DNA of 64,000 nt from Azolla caroliniana (taxonomy: Eukaryota; Plantae; Polypodiophyta). Position 1 is the stretch's first letter, and the number at the start of each line of letters is the position of its first letter. The position numbers and the translations under genes are program-made. This document shows positions 49,587-62,889 of this stretch, one piece after another. Where the stretch lies: contig JBHGNT010000012.1 in the NCBI GenBank assembly GCA_043228905.1, positions 15,004,001 through 15,068,000 on the forward strand. Direction: 5' to 3'. Below the pieces are notes generated by a model. That model was not told the origin of the DNA. It saw only the letters and a program-made list of their open reading frames with translations, and searched no databases.

Positions 49587-52500
49587 CCTAGCTACCCTCA
49601 TTTGATCATCTTTTTGACTACATCGAGACTCTGCTCTTGTGGTGGGTCAACTCTTGTAACGAGCGTGCCAGCACCAGGTACGACTCGACGCCACGGCGGT
49701 GGTATGGGACGCCGATCGAGGCTCGAGTCCGTCTCAATCCCTTCGCTCGGGGGTGGTCGGGTGGATCGACACCCTTCTTTCTCTTTCTCCTTTCTATCTA
49801 TCATTAGTTTATCCTTATCTTAAGCTTACTTTAGTACATAGATCTCTAATATTTGGTATCAGAACTATGTACTAATGTTTCTTTGTTTGTTTTTTGTTTT
49901 TTGATTGATGGTGATAGATCGATGTGCGGTCGGCCTTGATCCAGACAACGATCAACACAGAACTTTGGTAACTCTTTCCGTATTTTTTTTTTCTATTCTC
50001 TCTTCTCCCATCTAATCATGTGTTTAGTGTATATGTCATTTTTTTATTAAGTCAATGATGTTGTAGTGGTGTTTAATTGATTATCTAAAACGTTTACATA
50101 TGTGCACGAGGTCAATACCTCATTTGACGTATAAATAATATGTGATGAGTGTCGCATGCGTACGAGGTTAATACCTCAATTACGTATTACATTCACGAAC
50201 ATATGTTACGTTTGCGTATGAGTTTAATACCTTGATTTGTTGTAAAGGATATGCGTTTGGTCTCGTATGCGTAAGAGGTCAATACCTCAATTGCGTATTA
50301 CGATGATCTCTTATTTGTGGATGTTTCGTGTGCATAGAGGTATATACCTCGATTATGTATCTAGATCACATCATTTGTGGCTATTTAATATAACGATATG
50401 TTTAATGTAGGCATATGTGGTCACGTATATACATATTTGATCGTATATATGTGATAAGTAAACATATGTGTATATTCGTTATTACGTGATTATATCGAAA
50501 GTTGTCCTTGTTGGGAAAAGGATGTTGGTGGCCGTCCTCACATTTTTGTGAGAATGGCGTTGTCACCATCCCTTTCTCACCATTGTCCCAGCCATGGTGA
50601 GAAGAAGCAATCTGCACATGTCTGGGACGATGGGAGTCTCATTTTGAGCTCTATCCCACGCCAGATAGTACGAAGATTGCATATGTCGGCCGAGAACTCG
50701 GGGGTAAGGCCGCCGCCTGGTGGCGTGGGCTCCGTACTATGGGGAAATTTCTCGATACCTGCACAGAGTTTGTCACGGTTTTGAAGGGCCAATTTCTGCA
50801 ACCTCCCTCTCGAACCGAGGCAACACAAGCTTTAATGAACCTCTCTAGCAGGAAATTTTCCTCGCTAGAAGACTATGTTCACCATGCTAGAACCCAAATC
50901 CAAAAATCGGGTCTAGAAGGGGACAATTGGTTGATAGCTTGTTTTGTCAATGGCATCCCCAATTCGGACTATCACTCGATAGTGCACGATAAGGATCCAA
51001 AATTCTTCGAAGAGGCCGTTGAAATAGTTCTTCGCTATCAACGCACTTCGAAGAAGGACCACAACAAACCCAACGAAGCGCCCAGGATTAAGCAGTCGCA
51101 ATTCGTTGGGAAATGCAAGACACCCAACGAATTCATGGATCACGATTGTAAGCGACGACATCCTTTTTGGGTATTCTGCAAAAAGAAGGGTCATACAAAA
51201 GAGCAATGTCGAAAGCTCCAACGGAAAGAGCACGACAGCAAACCTAAAGCTTCAGACCATAAAGGTCAGATTTGTAATGTCCTTCAGGTCTATACACATA
51301 ATTTAAGTAATTGTCAATGTTCTTTCCCTCACTATGCATTGGGTCCCAATGATTTACTACGTGCAAACGATACATCAATGGATCTCCTATACAATTTTTA
51401 TTTGATTTGGGAAGCTCACACAATTTTGTGAATGATTGTTTGGTTCAGATATGGGGAATCCAACCCACCGTAAGTGATCACACCTACACGGTGCACTTGG
51501 CTGATGGAAGAGTACACTTGGCTGACGGTGCACTTGGCTGATGGACTTCGATTTTTCCATACGATATCGTAAAGGTTCCATGAACACTGTCGCTGATGCA
51601 CTAAGTCGCATCCGTGAAGTTAACATGCTTAGCTTCACTGAAATAACATCAGATCTTTATGATCACCTTCGAGGAAAGTATCCTGATAACAGTTATTTTG
51701 CAAAATACTGGGCAAGAGTTGAGTCTGGAACAAACACCACCACATCCTCGAAGGAATACTTCCACATTGCTAACGGTTTGCTCTACCATAATGGGAAGGT
51801 TTGTGTTCCAGATTTACCGGAGATCAAAAAGAGGATTCTTTTTGAATGCCATGATGCACCCTCAGCAGGGCACCTTGGAATACATCGTACACTCGTTCTC
51901 ATCTCCACTTAATTTTAGTGTCCTAAGATGCGTCCTGACATACATAGCTATGTGACTAAATGTTACTAGTGTCAGGTTTAGGGTTAACGCTATGTGACTA
52001 AAAGTTACTAGTGTCCTGACATACATAGCTATGTGACTAAAGCCGAGCGACTTAACGCCGCAAGAATTTTACATCCCTTGGACATTCCCAATAATAAGTG
52101 GGAAAGTATATCCATGGATTTTATTGTTAGCCTTCCTCGCACCCAAAAAGGTCATGATGCCATCTGGGTTGTCGTTGATCGACTAACTAAAATGGCCAGA
52201 TTTATTGCTACTAAAACCACGGTAATAGCTCCTGAATTGGCTTACCAATTCGTTGATGAATTATTTCGTTTTTATGGGTTACCGATGGATATCATGAGTG
52301 ATCGAGTTCCAAAGTTTACTAGTGACTTCTGGACGCAAGTCTTTAAGAAGTTAGAAACTACGTTGAGCATGAGCTCCACGAATCATCCTCAATCCGATGG
52401 ACAGACACAACGAGTAAATCAAATTATTGAGGACATGCTTCGAGCATACGTTGGTGCAAAACCAACAAAATGGGAACGTTATCTCCCAATTTTGGAGTTT

Positions 52501-53637
52501 GCTTATAACAACTCCAAGCATACGTCGACGGGATATAGTCCTTTTATGTTGATGTATGGTTTTCAGCCACGAGCCCCGATTGATGTTAATATACATCATG
52601 ATGAGTTGTGAAGTACGCAAAACTTTCTTCAGGATATGCTAGATATGTTGCATATTGCACGAGATAATATAAAAACAACTCAAGATAGAGCGCGTTTTTA
52701 TGCCGACCATCATAGGCAATCTCGTGTATTCAACTCTGGAGAGAAGGTATTTTTAAGTGTACCTCACAATTCTAAGACATTGTCTACGGGTAAGTGCGCT
52801 AAGTTAGCCCCACGGTTTTGTGGACCTTTTACAGTCCTGAAACGCATTGGGTCCTCAGCCTATCATTTCGCTCTTCCCGATGGTGTTGGACTTCATGCAG
52901 TCTTCCATGTGAGTCGTCTAAAAGAACTTCTAGGTTCTGGCGACAACACAGTTACAACTGAAACTCTGGTTACTTCTGAAGATTTATCTTTGAAACCACA
53001 TGTACCAGAAAGAATTCTCGATTTTAAAACAAAAAAGTTACGTACTAAAAAAATCCGAGAATTTATAATTAAATGGATGGACAAATGTATCAAAGATGCC
53101 ACATGGGAACGCGAGAATACTCTAAGAACAAACTTCCCTAACTTTCCATTGCAAGAGTGCAATGTTTTAAAGAAGGTTGTATGTTACGGGTATGACCATT
53201 TAATATCCCATGGTGAGAATTTACCGTAGTATTCTATACACGTGGATAAGTGTGAGGGTTAAACGAGAGTGTAAAGAAGGGAAGGATTACTTTTAATCCT
53301 CGGGATTGAGACAACCCATTAGGTCAACTATGAACTTGCCTGGGGGCCTTGGGTATCGCTATAAATAAGAGGCCTAGCTACCCTCATTTGATCATCTTTT
53401 TTATTACATCGAGACTCTACTCTTGTGGTGGGTCAACTCTTGTAGCGAGCGCGCCAGCACCAGGTACGACTCGACGCCACGGCGGTGGTATGGGACGCCG
53501 ATTGAGGCTCGAGTCCGTCTCGATCCCTTCGCTCGGGGGTGGTCGGGTGGATCGGCACCCTTCTTTCTCTTTCTCTTTTCTATCTATGATTAGTTTATCC
53601 TTATCTTAAGCTTACTTTAGTACCTAGATCTCTAATA
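49587..53637 (+). mobile_element. Chromovirus copy 3, heavily deleted (5' LTR truncated, no RT), nested in the minus-strand Gypsy
   Basis: Partial 5' LTR 49587-49851 + PBS; gag remnant; protease joined to RNase H end at ~51545; INT-chromodomain; 3' LTR 53182-53637 ending TA. Confidence 0.94.
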
Positions 53638-55679
53638 GATTCCACCGGGACTACCCGGTCTCCTTGGATTTTATCCTCCACAAGCTCCTCAACCCGTTAT
53701 AGCGTGCTCCCATAGAACACTTCTTCGACTACCCCTACGATTTCTTCGTCTTCTTTTATTATAGATGCCGACCGTAACTTATCCTCCACTTTTCGGTATT
53801 CTTTCTTCATTCCTCCGGTTATGGTCGTGTACGTGGATGCCCCATCCGGACCGATTTGTACTTGTTTTGCTCCGAGAGTTTTCTTCTTGTGTGGGGTATC
53901 AGGGCTTCTCACATTATCACTTCCCCACTCCGCAACAGTCCACTCTAAACATCCATTCTTGTTTGGGACAAGAGTTCTCTCTTGTTCCTTTCATGATTTG
54001 TCGGCACCGTTAGGAATTGGACGGATTTCTCTCCGTTTTGGTTCCGAATTCGTGCAAAAGCTGCATCGCTATCGAGCACCTTCGTCTCCATCCATGAAGC
54101 CGTGATAAAGGGTTGCCCGAGGATCACGGAGTGTGAGATCTCGTCTTGTACGAAGAAATTTTGGTCGATCTCGACATCCCCGATCTTCACCGTCACATCC
54201 AGACAAGCCGCAAATAGATCTTCTGTTGCTTTAGTGGCCACCCAGATCTTCTATCCATGATTGGTATTAATAGGCCACTTCCCCTTCCGGTAGAACTCCT
54301 TAGACATCAAATTGATCTCCGATCCGTGATCAATCAATGCTAGCACGAGCTCTTTGATGTTGCCGATTCGGACCGGAGTCTCGGTAGTTGCACACGCCTA
54401 GTGTGGCTTTGTACATTGGGAATTCCGAATCTCGTCCTCCACTTCAGTGTCGTTCATTAGAACGGTATTTGCATTCACCATCGGCGCATTTTCCTCCGTA
54501 GTTTGTCGTTTTCTTTTCATGAGATCCACAAGAAGATCATGGAACTCCTTTTTTGCTATTCTGAGTAGTTCCCGAAGCGAAAAATCTACTTGGCTGTCGA
54601 GGATTCTCTCCTCGAACACTTTCTTTATGTCCGTCCGTTGCTCGATGTCTGAAGCGAGTTTGAATGTCGGAATCGTTTTTCCTTTCCCTTTTCCGTCAGA
54701 GTTCCAACTCTCCAGTGTCTTCAATGGTCCGGCCGCATCCTCCGTGCGTCGTCGCTTCTCGTCCACATACACCTCATGTAATTGACATGGGGCGTATACG
54801 CTATTCTTATCAATGGGGCACTCCCATCCTGTAGCTTCCCGGATGCCTTCCACGGTGCTTCGGATCTCGTTGGAGTCGGTTTTCTCGGTGTTTTCTAGCA
54901 CTTCCAGCCAAAAAGACACCTTTACTCCTGATGACTCCCCGACACGTATTCCCACGGTTGTCGCGTAATTGCTCTTCTCCGCTATTTCCTCCTGTAGGAC
55001 CTTCTTCATGCCGCCTTTTCGGAAGTTTGGTCGGAGCGGCTTCCGAGAGTCCATCGAATGAATCCGATTTCCCTCGTAGTAGATAAGATCCCGTCGTAGC
55101 GTTTCCTTTTGCTCGTCGCAATCCCTCCGATCATGTTCGGTGCTATCGCACCATATGCACCGACAGTCCATATACTTGGAACTTGTGGGACGGTCATCCG
55201 ACTTCTTCACCATTGCGATTTTTAGATTCTCCATCTCCTTCAGCAACTGCTCCACCGTAGTTGCGTCGATTCCCCTCTTGGTCGTAGCTTCCCGACCCCG
55301 CGGTTGATGGTCTTCCGATCCGGATCTCGGTTTCGGAATCGGTTCCGAAACCCTCTTTTCTTCATTGGCAAGCCATCTCCCTCTCTTTGTGTATCGCGCG
55401 ACGATATCACGCACGCTTTCCCATGTTTCGGTGAGGCCACTCTTGGTAGTGGTGTCCTCTAGAAGCACTCCAAGATCCGTCCGGTCCCAGACATCTACGG
55501 CTCGTAAGAACATGATAACTTTGTCCGGTGCGAGGATAGCTTGATCTCTCGCAGACAACCTCCCAAACCAAATTTCGAATGCCAAAAACACATCGAGGAC
55601 CTTCATCCCCTTTTCCGGCGTTTCCACCCAATCCTCGAATCCTCTCCGCGTTGCCTTGGAGGAGTCCTCGATAGCGAAC
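53638..55679 (-). pseudogene. Gag-protease part of the minus-strand Gypsy
   Basis: ORF 54398-55627 with CIWCDSTEHDRRDC knuckle; protease ALIDHGSEINLM at ~54300-54345; VILGQPF. Confidence 0.85.
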
Positions 55680-58600
55680 TGTTAGCCAGCCGGCAAGGAG
55701 TGGAGGACAGTCAAGAATATGAAAGGGCAGAAATAATCGGAGGCTGTTATTAGGATATTTAGTAATTAAGTAGATTTTAGAGAAGTGAACGGACGGACCG
55801 GTTCATATTAGTGTGCTGGTTGGCACCGTTTTGTAGGCAGAGCCGGTGATCTATAAAAAGGCCCGGTTACATTGTAAATGACGACGGATAATTAATAAAG
55901 CTCTATTTCCTTATCTCTGTGTATTGATTACCGTTCTGTGCTAATTACTTTCTATCTTAGATGTGTATTAAGATTAAGGATCTGTTGCTTAAGTAACCGA
56001 TTAAGGTCTGATTAATCGTCGGTCTAACTCTGTTTCACCGTAACACCCTTTGCTGAAGTGTCTTCTGTAGACACCCTATGTTAGGCTATTGTTCGGGCCT
56101 AAGGAGTAACACAGTTTTTGGCGACCACAATTCCTGCATAAGCGCAACGAACAACAGCAGGAATGGATGACTAGACCAGCGAGCGGACCGGTTACGGATC
56201 GAGCAAGGAGACTCGCTGAGCGGCTGCGAAAGCGAGAGGCCTTCCACCAAGCGGTGGAAGAAATTCGTTCGGATCAATCATTTTCCAAAGTGATCCGGTG
56301 AGTGGCTGAGGAGTCACTCTGTTTGCAAAAAGATTTCCACCTTGACAAAGGAAGTAGCTTGCGTAGTCTTTGGGAAACGAAATCCTTGCTGCAGACATTA
56401 GCTACAGGAGACGACGATTCTGAACCATTTTCGACCTTTGAATCAGACTCGGACGGCGAATATAGCGCTCATTCTAATTACCGCAACAGTCACGACACCC
56501 CAGACGGACCGGTGGACGAGGAATCGAATACCTCACCGACACCGAAACCAAAATTGATAGAGCTGGAAGCCACAGATCGGCCAAGGACTGAGCAAACCCC
56601 AACAACCGAAGCAGAGGCGGAAAGACCTCCCACAGAGGAAGAAGAGAGACCTCCGACGGAGGAGGAAGAGAGACCTCCGACACCACCAGCCCACGTTTCA
56701 ACACCGGACGATGACATGCCATTTCAATATCCCAAGTACCAGGATGATCCGGACGCAGAGGCCCACGTCTATGAATTTCAGCAGACCTAGGAAGCGAATC
56801 ATGTGTCACAACGCTTAACCGCGGCCGAAGTAGAACGCTCAAAGATGGCGGAGTTCGGCATGACCCTGGAGGGGCCCACCGCTAGATGGCACCTAACACA
56901 AGATCCCAGTACCATCACGACGTTTGAGGCCCTGAAATCTAAATTCTTACATTTTTTTCACAAAGAAGTGGATCAACGGGAAATGGTCGGCCTATTCTAT
57001 ACCATCAAGCAGGAGCCCCCAGAGAACATTCAACAATTTGTAATACGATTCCAAAGAATGCACAACCAGCTCAGTCGGGCACCACCGGAGGAAGAGACTA
57101 AGGCGATATTCCTAGTAGCACTCTGGGAACCCCTACGAACGGTGTGCACAGTCATTGATTTCCTCACGAGTTCCGTCGACCAGGTCATAGACTGAGTCAG
57201 GGAAATGGAAAAATCTAGCTCGTGGCTGACGATGGGGTCACTCCAACGAATGTTACCAACTGATGAAGACCTTCGCTTTCGACAAGCAGTTCAATGTACG
57301 ACTTGCCTGAATGCCGGACATTCGGCGCTGGAGTGCACCATGCGTTCTCAATGCCTACTTTGCCATTCCAGAAACCACACAATGGATCGGTGCGAGTATA
57401 ACTTGCTGAATCGGCAAGCACCACCGGTCCGGCAAATCAAACCACGGAGCAACCAGGAGGAGGAAGAAGAGCGCTGGCGGCGAGAGGAGCATTACCGGCC
57501 GGCACAAGATGTCCGGTACGGTGATCGAAGAAACACTTATGACCGTGATCGGTATGATAGATATGATAGATATCGGGACTATAATGGGGAACGGAATGAG
57601 CGTTACAACCGGGAGCACTCCCCCGGTTACAACCCCCAAAGGGAGGACTATGGCAAGTACGACGGATTTTCGGAACAAAAAGCATTTCAACAAAAAACAA
57701 CATTTCAATAAAAAGGGGGGTCACCAACGGGAGCCGGAACAGGGTACATCAAGCAACCAACCGGACCAAGGCCAAGCACTTACCACAAGACCTCAACCGG
57801 GTGCCGGGGCGAAAGCCGAATCTAGCAACATCCGGAAGGCATACTGCTACTATTGCTGACAAGAGGGACACTACAGTAACCAATGTTCGGTGAAAAGCTA
57901 CAATAAGCGACCAGCGGTAAACATGGTGGTAACGGAGGTCGCAGACATACAACAAGTGACCACGAGGGCAAAAGGAAAAGCAACGGAGTGGGAAACCCAA
58001 GAAGCCATCTAGAAGCAGGCCACCGAATGGGTAAAGAAGGCAAACGAGCAGAATGTGGCAGAACTGGAGCAACAAAAGGAGAATCTAGAGGAGCCCACTG
58101 GCAATAGCCAGGCGGAAAACCCAACATGGCACATGTTACAAGAATGCCAAATCACGTTGCCATTAGGTCGGCTATTGCAGTTAGTACCTCGGTTTACGAA
58201 AGGAATGACTACGGTCGGCACGCCACAACCTCCGGCATTCTTTTCTAATCTGGAGGAAGGACCGACGGTAGTTGACACGAGCAATCCGGCTATCACAACC
58301 ATCGTCAAGGGACAAGAGCCACCCGGAACGATTATAGACGGGGGATCCGGCGTGAATGTGATTAGCCTCCGAACTTGTAATACCCTAGGAATCCAGGACT
58401 GGGAGCCATGCCCATTTTGGCTCCGCATGGCGGACACAAGTTCAGTAAGACCTACCGGATTGATACGAGATTTGGAAGTGACTATCGGAGGTCACGCATT
58501 TTGCATTTTGGTAGTAGTCCTCTAGCTCAATGCACAAGGAGCATGCCCACTATTGCTGGGCTGGCCATGGTTAAAAGCAACTCACATCAAGCAAAACTGG

Positions 58601-61600
58601 CGGAAAAACATAATCACTTTCTGGCGCGGCAAAGTGAAAGTACAGGTATCTACACAACCATGTTCAAGTACCGGCAAGGAGCTGACACCACTGTATGCGG
58701 AATGTGTCAACATGCTTGAAGGATTGGCTGATGAAGAGGTCGATCAGTACTTACAGGAGAATCCAAAAATTGTACCCTTATTTGAAGTGGATGTCGCCGA
58801 AGCAGTGGCACCATATATAATACAACCAGAGGATGCCGATGAAGAACCAGATGAAGAAGCCATCAGAGAGTTACGACATGCGCAGGAAGCTTTGGAGAAG
58901 GAATTGGCAGTATCCCAACGCGTAAAAGCCTCTCAGTTGGAAGAGGTAAACCTAGCACCGCAGAAGACGCAAGACCGGTTCACATCGCCAAAGAAATGAC
59001 TCTCGAAAGGAAGACGACAACGATCACCTTATTAAAGAAGTTTCGGGACATGTTCGCGTGGTCTTACGAGGACATGCGGGGGCTAGATCCTCAGTTGTAT
59101 CAACACCAGATACATCTGAGTAAGGATGCCAAGCCGGTGGCGCAATGGCGGTACCGGATGAACCCTAACTATGCAGCAAAAGTAAAGGACGAGATCGATA
59201 AATTGTTACGAGTAGGGTTCATTGGACCGGTCAAAAAGGCGACATGGCTAAGCCCGATAGTCGTAGTACCGAAAAAGAACGGAAAAATCCGGGTATGTGT
59301 CGACTATCGGAAAATGCGGCAATGGTAACCGACGCCTTCCCACTCCCTTTTACGGATGGAGTCTTGGATGCAGTAGCCGGTCACGAAGTTTATAGTTTCC
59401 TGGACGGGTTCAACGGCTACAATCAGATCCGGATGCACCCCGATGACCAGGAGAAAACCTCTTTTGTTACCGAATGGGGAGTATTTGTCGCCGTAGTCAT
59501 GATGTTGGGACTTAAAACGGTGCCGTCAACCTTTCCGCAAATAATCATGGAGATTTTCGGAGAATTTATTCCGGCATTCATGAAGGTGTTCTTAGACAAT
59601 TTCGCCGTGTATAGCCACGAAGGGGAACACCTCCAATAACTCTGACTATGTCTTGAGAAATGTAGGGTTTATCGGTTAAGCCTTAACCCGGCAAAATGCG
59701 TGTTCGGTGTGTCACGCGGTGCACTACTAGGCCACATCGTTAGCAAGGACGGTATTGCAGTAGACCCGGACAAGGTCAAAGCAATTTTGGAGGCACCGAC
59801 ACCCACCACGGCAAAAGCATTAAGTCGGTTCCTAGGACAAATCCGGTGGCATAGCCGGATGCTCCGGTATCTAGCAAACCTAGCCACACCATTGCATGCC
59901 GCGCTGCACCGGACACCATTTCAATGGACGGACACAGAAGAGGAGGCTTACCGGGCATTAAAAGTACTACTATCACAAGCACCAGTGGTGCAACCTCGGA
60001 TTGCTCTAAGGAATTCCACGTATTCGTAGACACGTCCGACATAGCAATAGGGAGTGCATTAATGCAGCTTACCGAACCAAACTGGTACCGGCCCGTGTAT
60101 TATGCCAGCCGGAAGCTGTCCCAGGCGGAACGTAATTACTCAACAATGGAAAGAGAAGCCTTGGGCATGATCTACAACGTCACCAAGTTTCGACACCAAT
60201 TTTCCTTTCATGTAGATCATTCGATGCTACTTAACTTGGTCTCGAAAGCATCACTCACGGGTAAGTTGGCCCGATGGACGCTATTATTACAGGAATTTGA
60301 GTTCGAGATATTTCACCGGTCATGCATACAACATGCGGTTGCGGATTATTTGAGCCGGTTAGACTCCGGAGAAACCGGTGACGGGGTCGTAGATGAATTT
60401 CCAGGTGCAGAGTTGTTTAGGGTCACAGCCAAAATGGCAACAGATTGTACGATCGCTGAGGAGAACAAGTGGCTCACTAACATGCACCAATTCTTGAGCA
60501 TTGGATTACCTCTAGAGGAGATGACCAGAGACGAGCGGAAAAGATTAGCAGTACAAAGCCGTCACTTTTGTCTACTATAGGACACATTGTACCATAAAGG
60601 CGCGGACCGCATATGGCGGCGCGCGGTCGCAACAACGAAAAAGACCAAATACTGCGTGAAGCACACTGCGGTGTTGCCGGAGGGGAGGGCATTATGCTGG
60701 GGACGCTACGGCAAGGAAAATATGGCAGAGTGGCGTATGGTGGCCAACAACATTAAAAGACGTTGTCTGGTATGCTAAAGAATGCAATTTGTGTTAGCAA
60801 ATTGGCCAACCAACGGAACAGGCAAGAATACCTCACCAGTCGGTGCTGCCATTGGAACCATTTCAAAAATGGGGGCTGGACTTCGTCGGCCCATTTAAAC
60901 CACCAGCAATGAGAACCGGCAACCGATACGTGATTGTCGCTACAAACTACTGCACCAACTGGGTGGAGGCCAAAGCACTACGTGACAACACCGCGGCATC
61001 CACGACAAAGTTTTTATATGAATATATCTGGTGCCGGTATGGATGTCCGATCGAGCTAATCAACGACCAAGGAGGGCATTTCCTAGGACAAGTGGTGGAG
61101 AGCTTGATGACATTCTATGCGGTGGTGCACAAGCGAAGCACTCTGTATTATCCGCAAGCCAACGGATTAGCCGAATCCACAAATAAGACACTACAAAACA
61201 TCCTCCGGAAAATCGTCAATGAGAACCGGACGGATTGGGATACAAAGCTGCATAGTGCACTTTGGGCCTATCGGACAACATATAAGACAAGTATCCGGAC
61301 AACGCCTTTTCGATTGGCATTCGGATTGGAAGCGGTAATGCCGATCGAATTCCAGGTTCCCAGCTTGCGGTTACAGGTTAGGGAACGCATGAACGAGGAG
61401 TCGGAAACCATCTGGCTAACAACACTATGCGAAGTGGAGGAACACCGAATCGCCAACCTGATGCACATGGAACTGGAGGAACAGAGAAGGAAAGCATTCG
61501 TCGATCGAAACCGGAAAGGTAACAAAAAAAGGTTCGGGATCAGCAGGCCAGTACTTGTATTCCAGACCCGGATGGATAAGATGCCGGGGAAGCTACCGTT

Positions 61601-61880
61601 TCGGTGGACCGGACCATATTGGATTACGTGGGAGTTCAACGGTTCTTACCAGCTAGGAACACTCGCCGGCGAAGTTATGGGTAAATGGCTGAATGGGTTT
61701 CAACTCAAACCATACTATGGACCCATGCCAAGGAACCCGTTTGAGCAAACAAAGGCTGACACCGCACCGGACACCGGTAAGCACGACGAGACGACAACCG
61801 GTCATGCAATCGGCAAGCACAATCCGGAGAAGGGTCCGTTTGGCTGGATACATATATTAACAAGATCGAATTTAAAAGAA

Positions 61881-61920
<40 letters not shown>

Positions 61921-62885
61921 CCAATCAAACCCAAACTATGCGATGGTGAGGAGCGAACGGCCACATGCAATGAAAAGGAGGGGTGAACGGGCACTTTGAA
62001 AAGCCAAGTAGTGGGCTATTTAGAGCACATTAAAACGCCGCCACGTGGCACTTCATTGCCATTATAGTACACAACGTTCGCATGTGCAAGAATCGAGAAA
62101 GGCGCGAACATGCAGAAAGAAAACCTACACTGCATGGAGGCCTTCTTATTTCGCGAACAGAGAATTGCAAATGCACACAGTCGATTGAAGATAATTAGAC
62201 ACGAGCACCTAGAGCCCCCTAACGCACCTACCTCACCAACAACCACCGACTCAGAAGGAGAAATGGACTGCATGACGCTCTCGGAGGCAGCTAAGAAGTG
62301 GTTAAAGCAACACGGATTGGAAGGATTCTTAAGGATCATGGAGGCACCACCACACAAAGAGGCGGAAAGGGTTGTCAAAGCCATCGACATAGAAGTAATC
62401 ACAGAGGAGGCCATCCCTGCCCTGACGGGCCTTCCCGAGGGCGGCATCTTCACCGTCGACAACCCTACCCCGGAGCAGCTCACGAAATACTTCGGTGAGT
62501 ATTCTCTGGCCAGCAAGGCATATTGCACATAGGGCGGCGAGGATGGCTTATTTAAAGAGATTGCTCGTGTACTGCACAAGTATGGTCATGTGTACCCTCG
62601 ACCCCTGGCAATGCCTAGGAACAGAGCCGGGTTAATTATCGCCATATATGAAGGTATACAGGTGGACTGGTCGGTGCTGATCGCTGACGGACTGCGCGTG
62701 GCCATTGACTCGGTAAGAGGGAAGGATGGAAGAAAAATATGGTCGGCGATGGCGCAATGGCTCACATTGTTAGCACCACCAATGGAGCGCAACACGGCAA
62801 AGAACGGCCGAAGGAACCTCCAAACCGGCTTCGAAACGACAGTTGGATGCAAAGTCGGAGAAATGCATCCTAGTCGGTTACTCAC
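55680..62885 (+). mobile_element. Degenerate Athila-like (non-chromovirus) Gypsy, 3'-truncated
   Basis: LTR 55680-56111 (TGTTA..TAACA, TATAAAA at ~55852); PBS-like TGGCGACCACA (tRNA-Arg type) at 56119; gag, IIDGGSGVN protease, RT (WLSPIVVVPKKNGK..FLDGFNGYNQI), RH, INT (WGLDFVGP..YPQANGLAE); no 3' LTR seen. Confidence 0.9.
56302..61949 (+). pseudogene. gag-pol of the Athila-like element, many stops and frameshifts
   Basis: Collinear ORF fragments from 56302-56790 through 60843-61949. Confidence 0.88.
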
Positions 62886-62889
62886 ATGA
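62110..62889 (+). pseudogene. Additional ORF downstream of pol, unknown function (internal stop at ~62530)
   Basis: ORFs 62110-62532 and 62590-62889 in the same frame with coding-like composition. Confidence 0.55.

Noticed and set aside
51975-51986. Interstitial telomere
   Set aside because: Single TTTAGGG unit inside a repair filler
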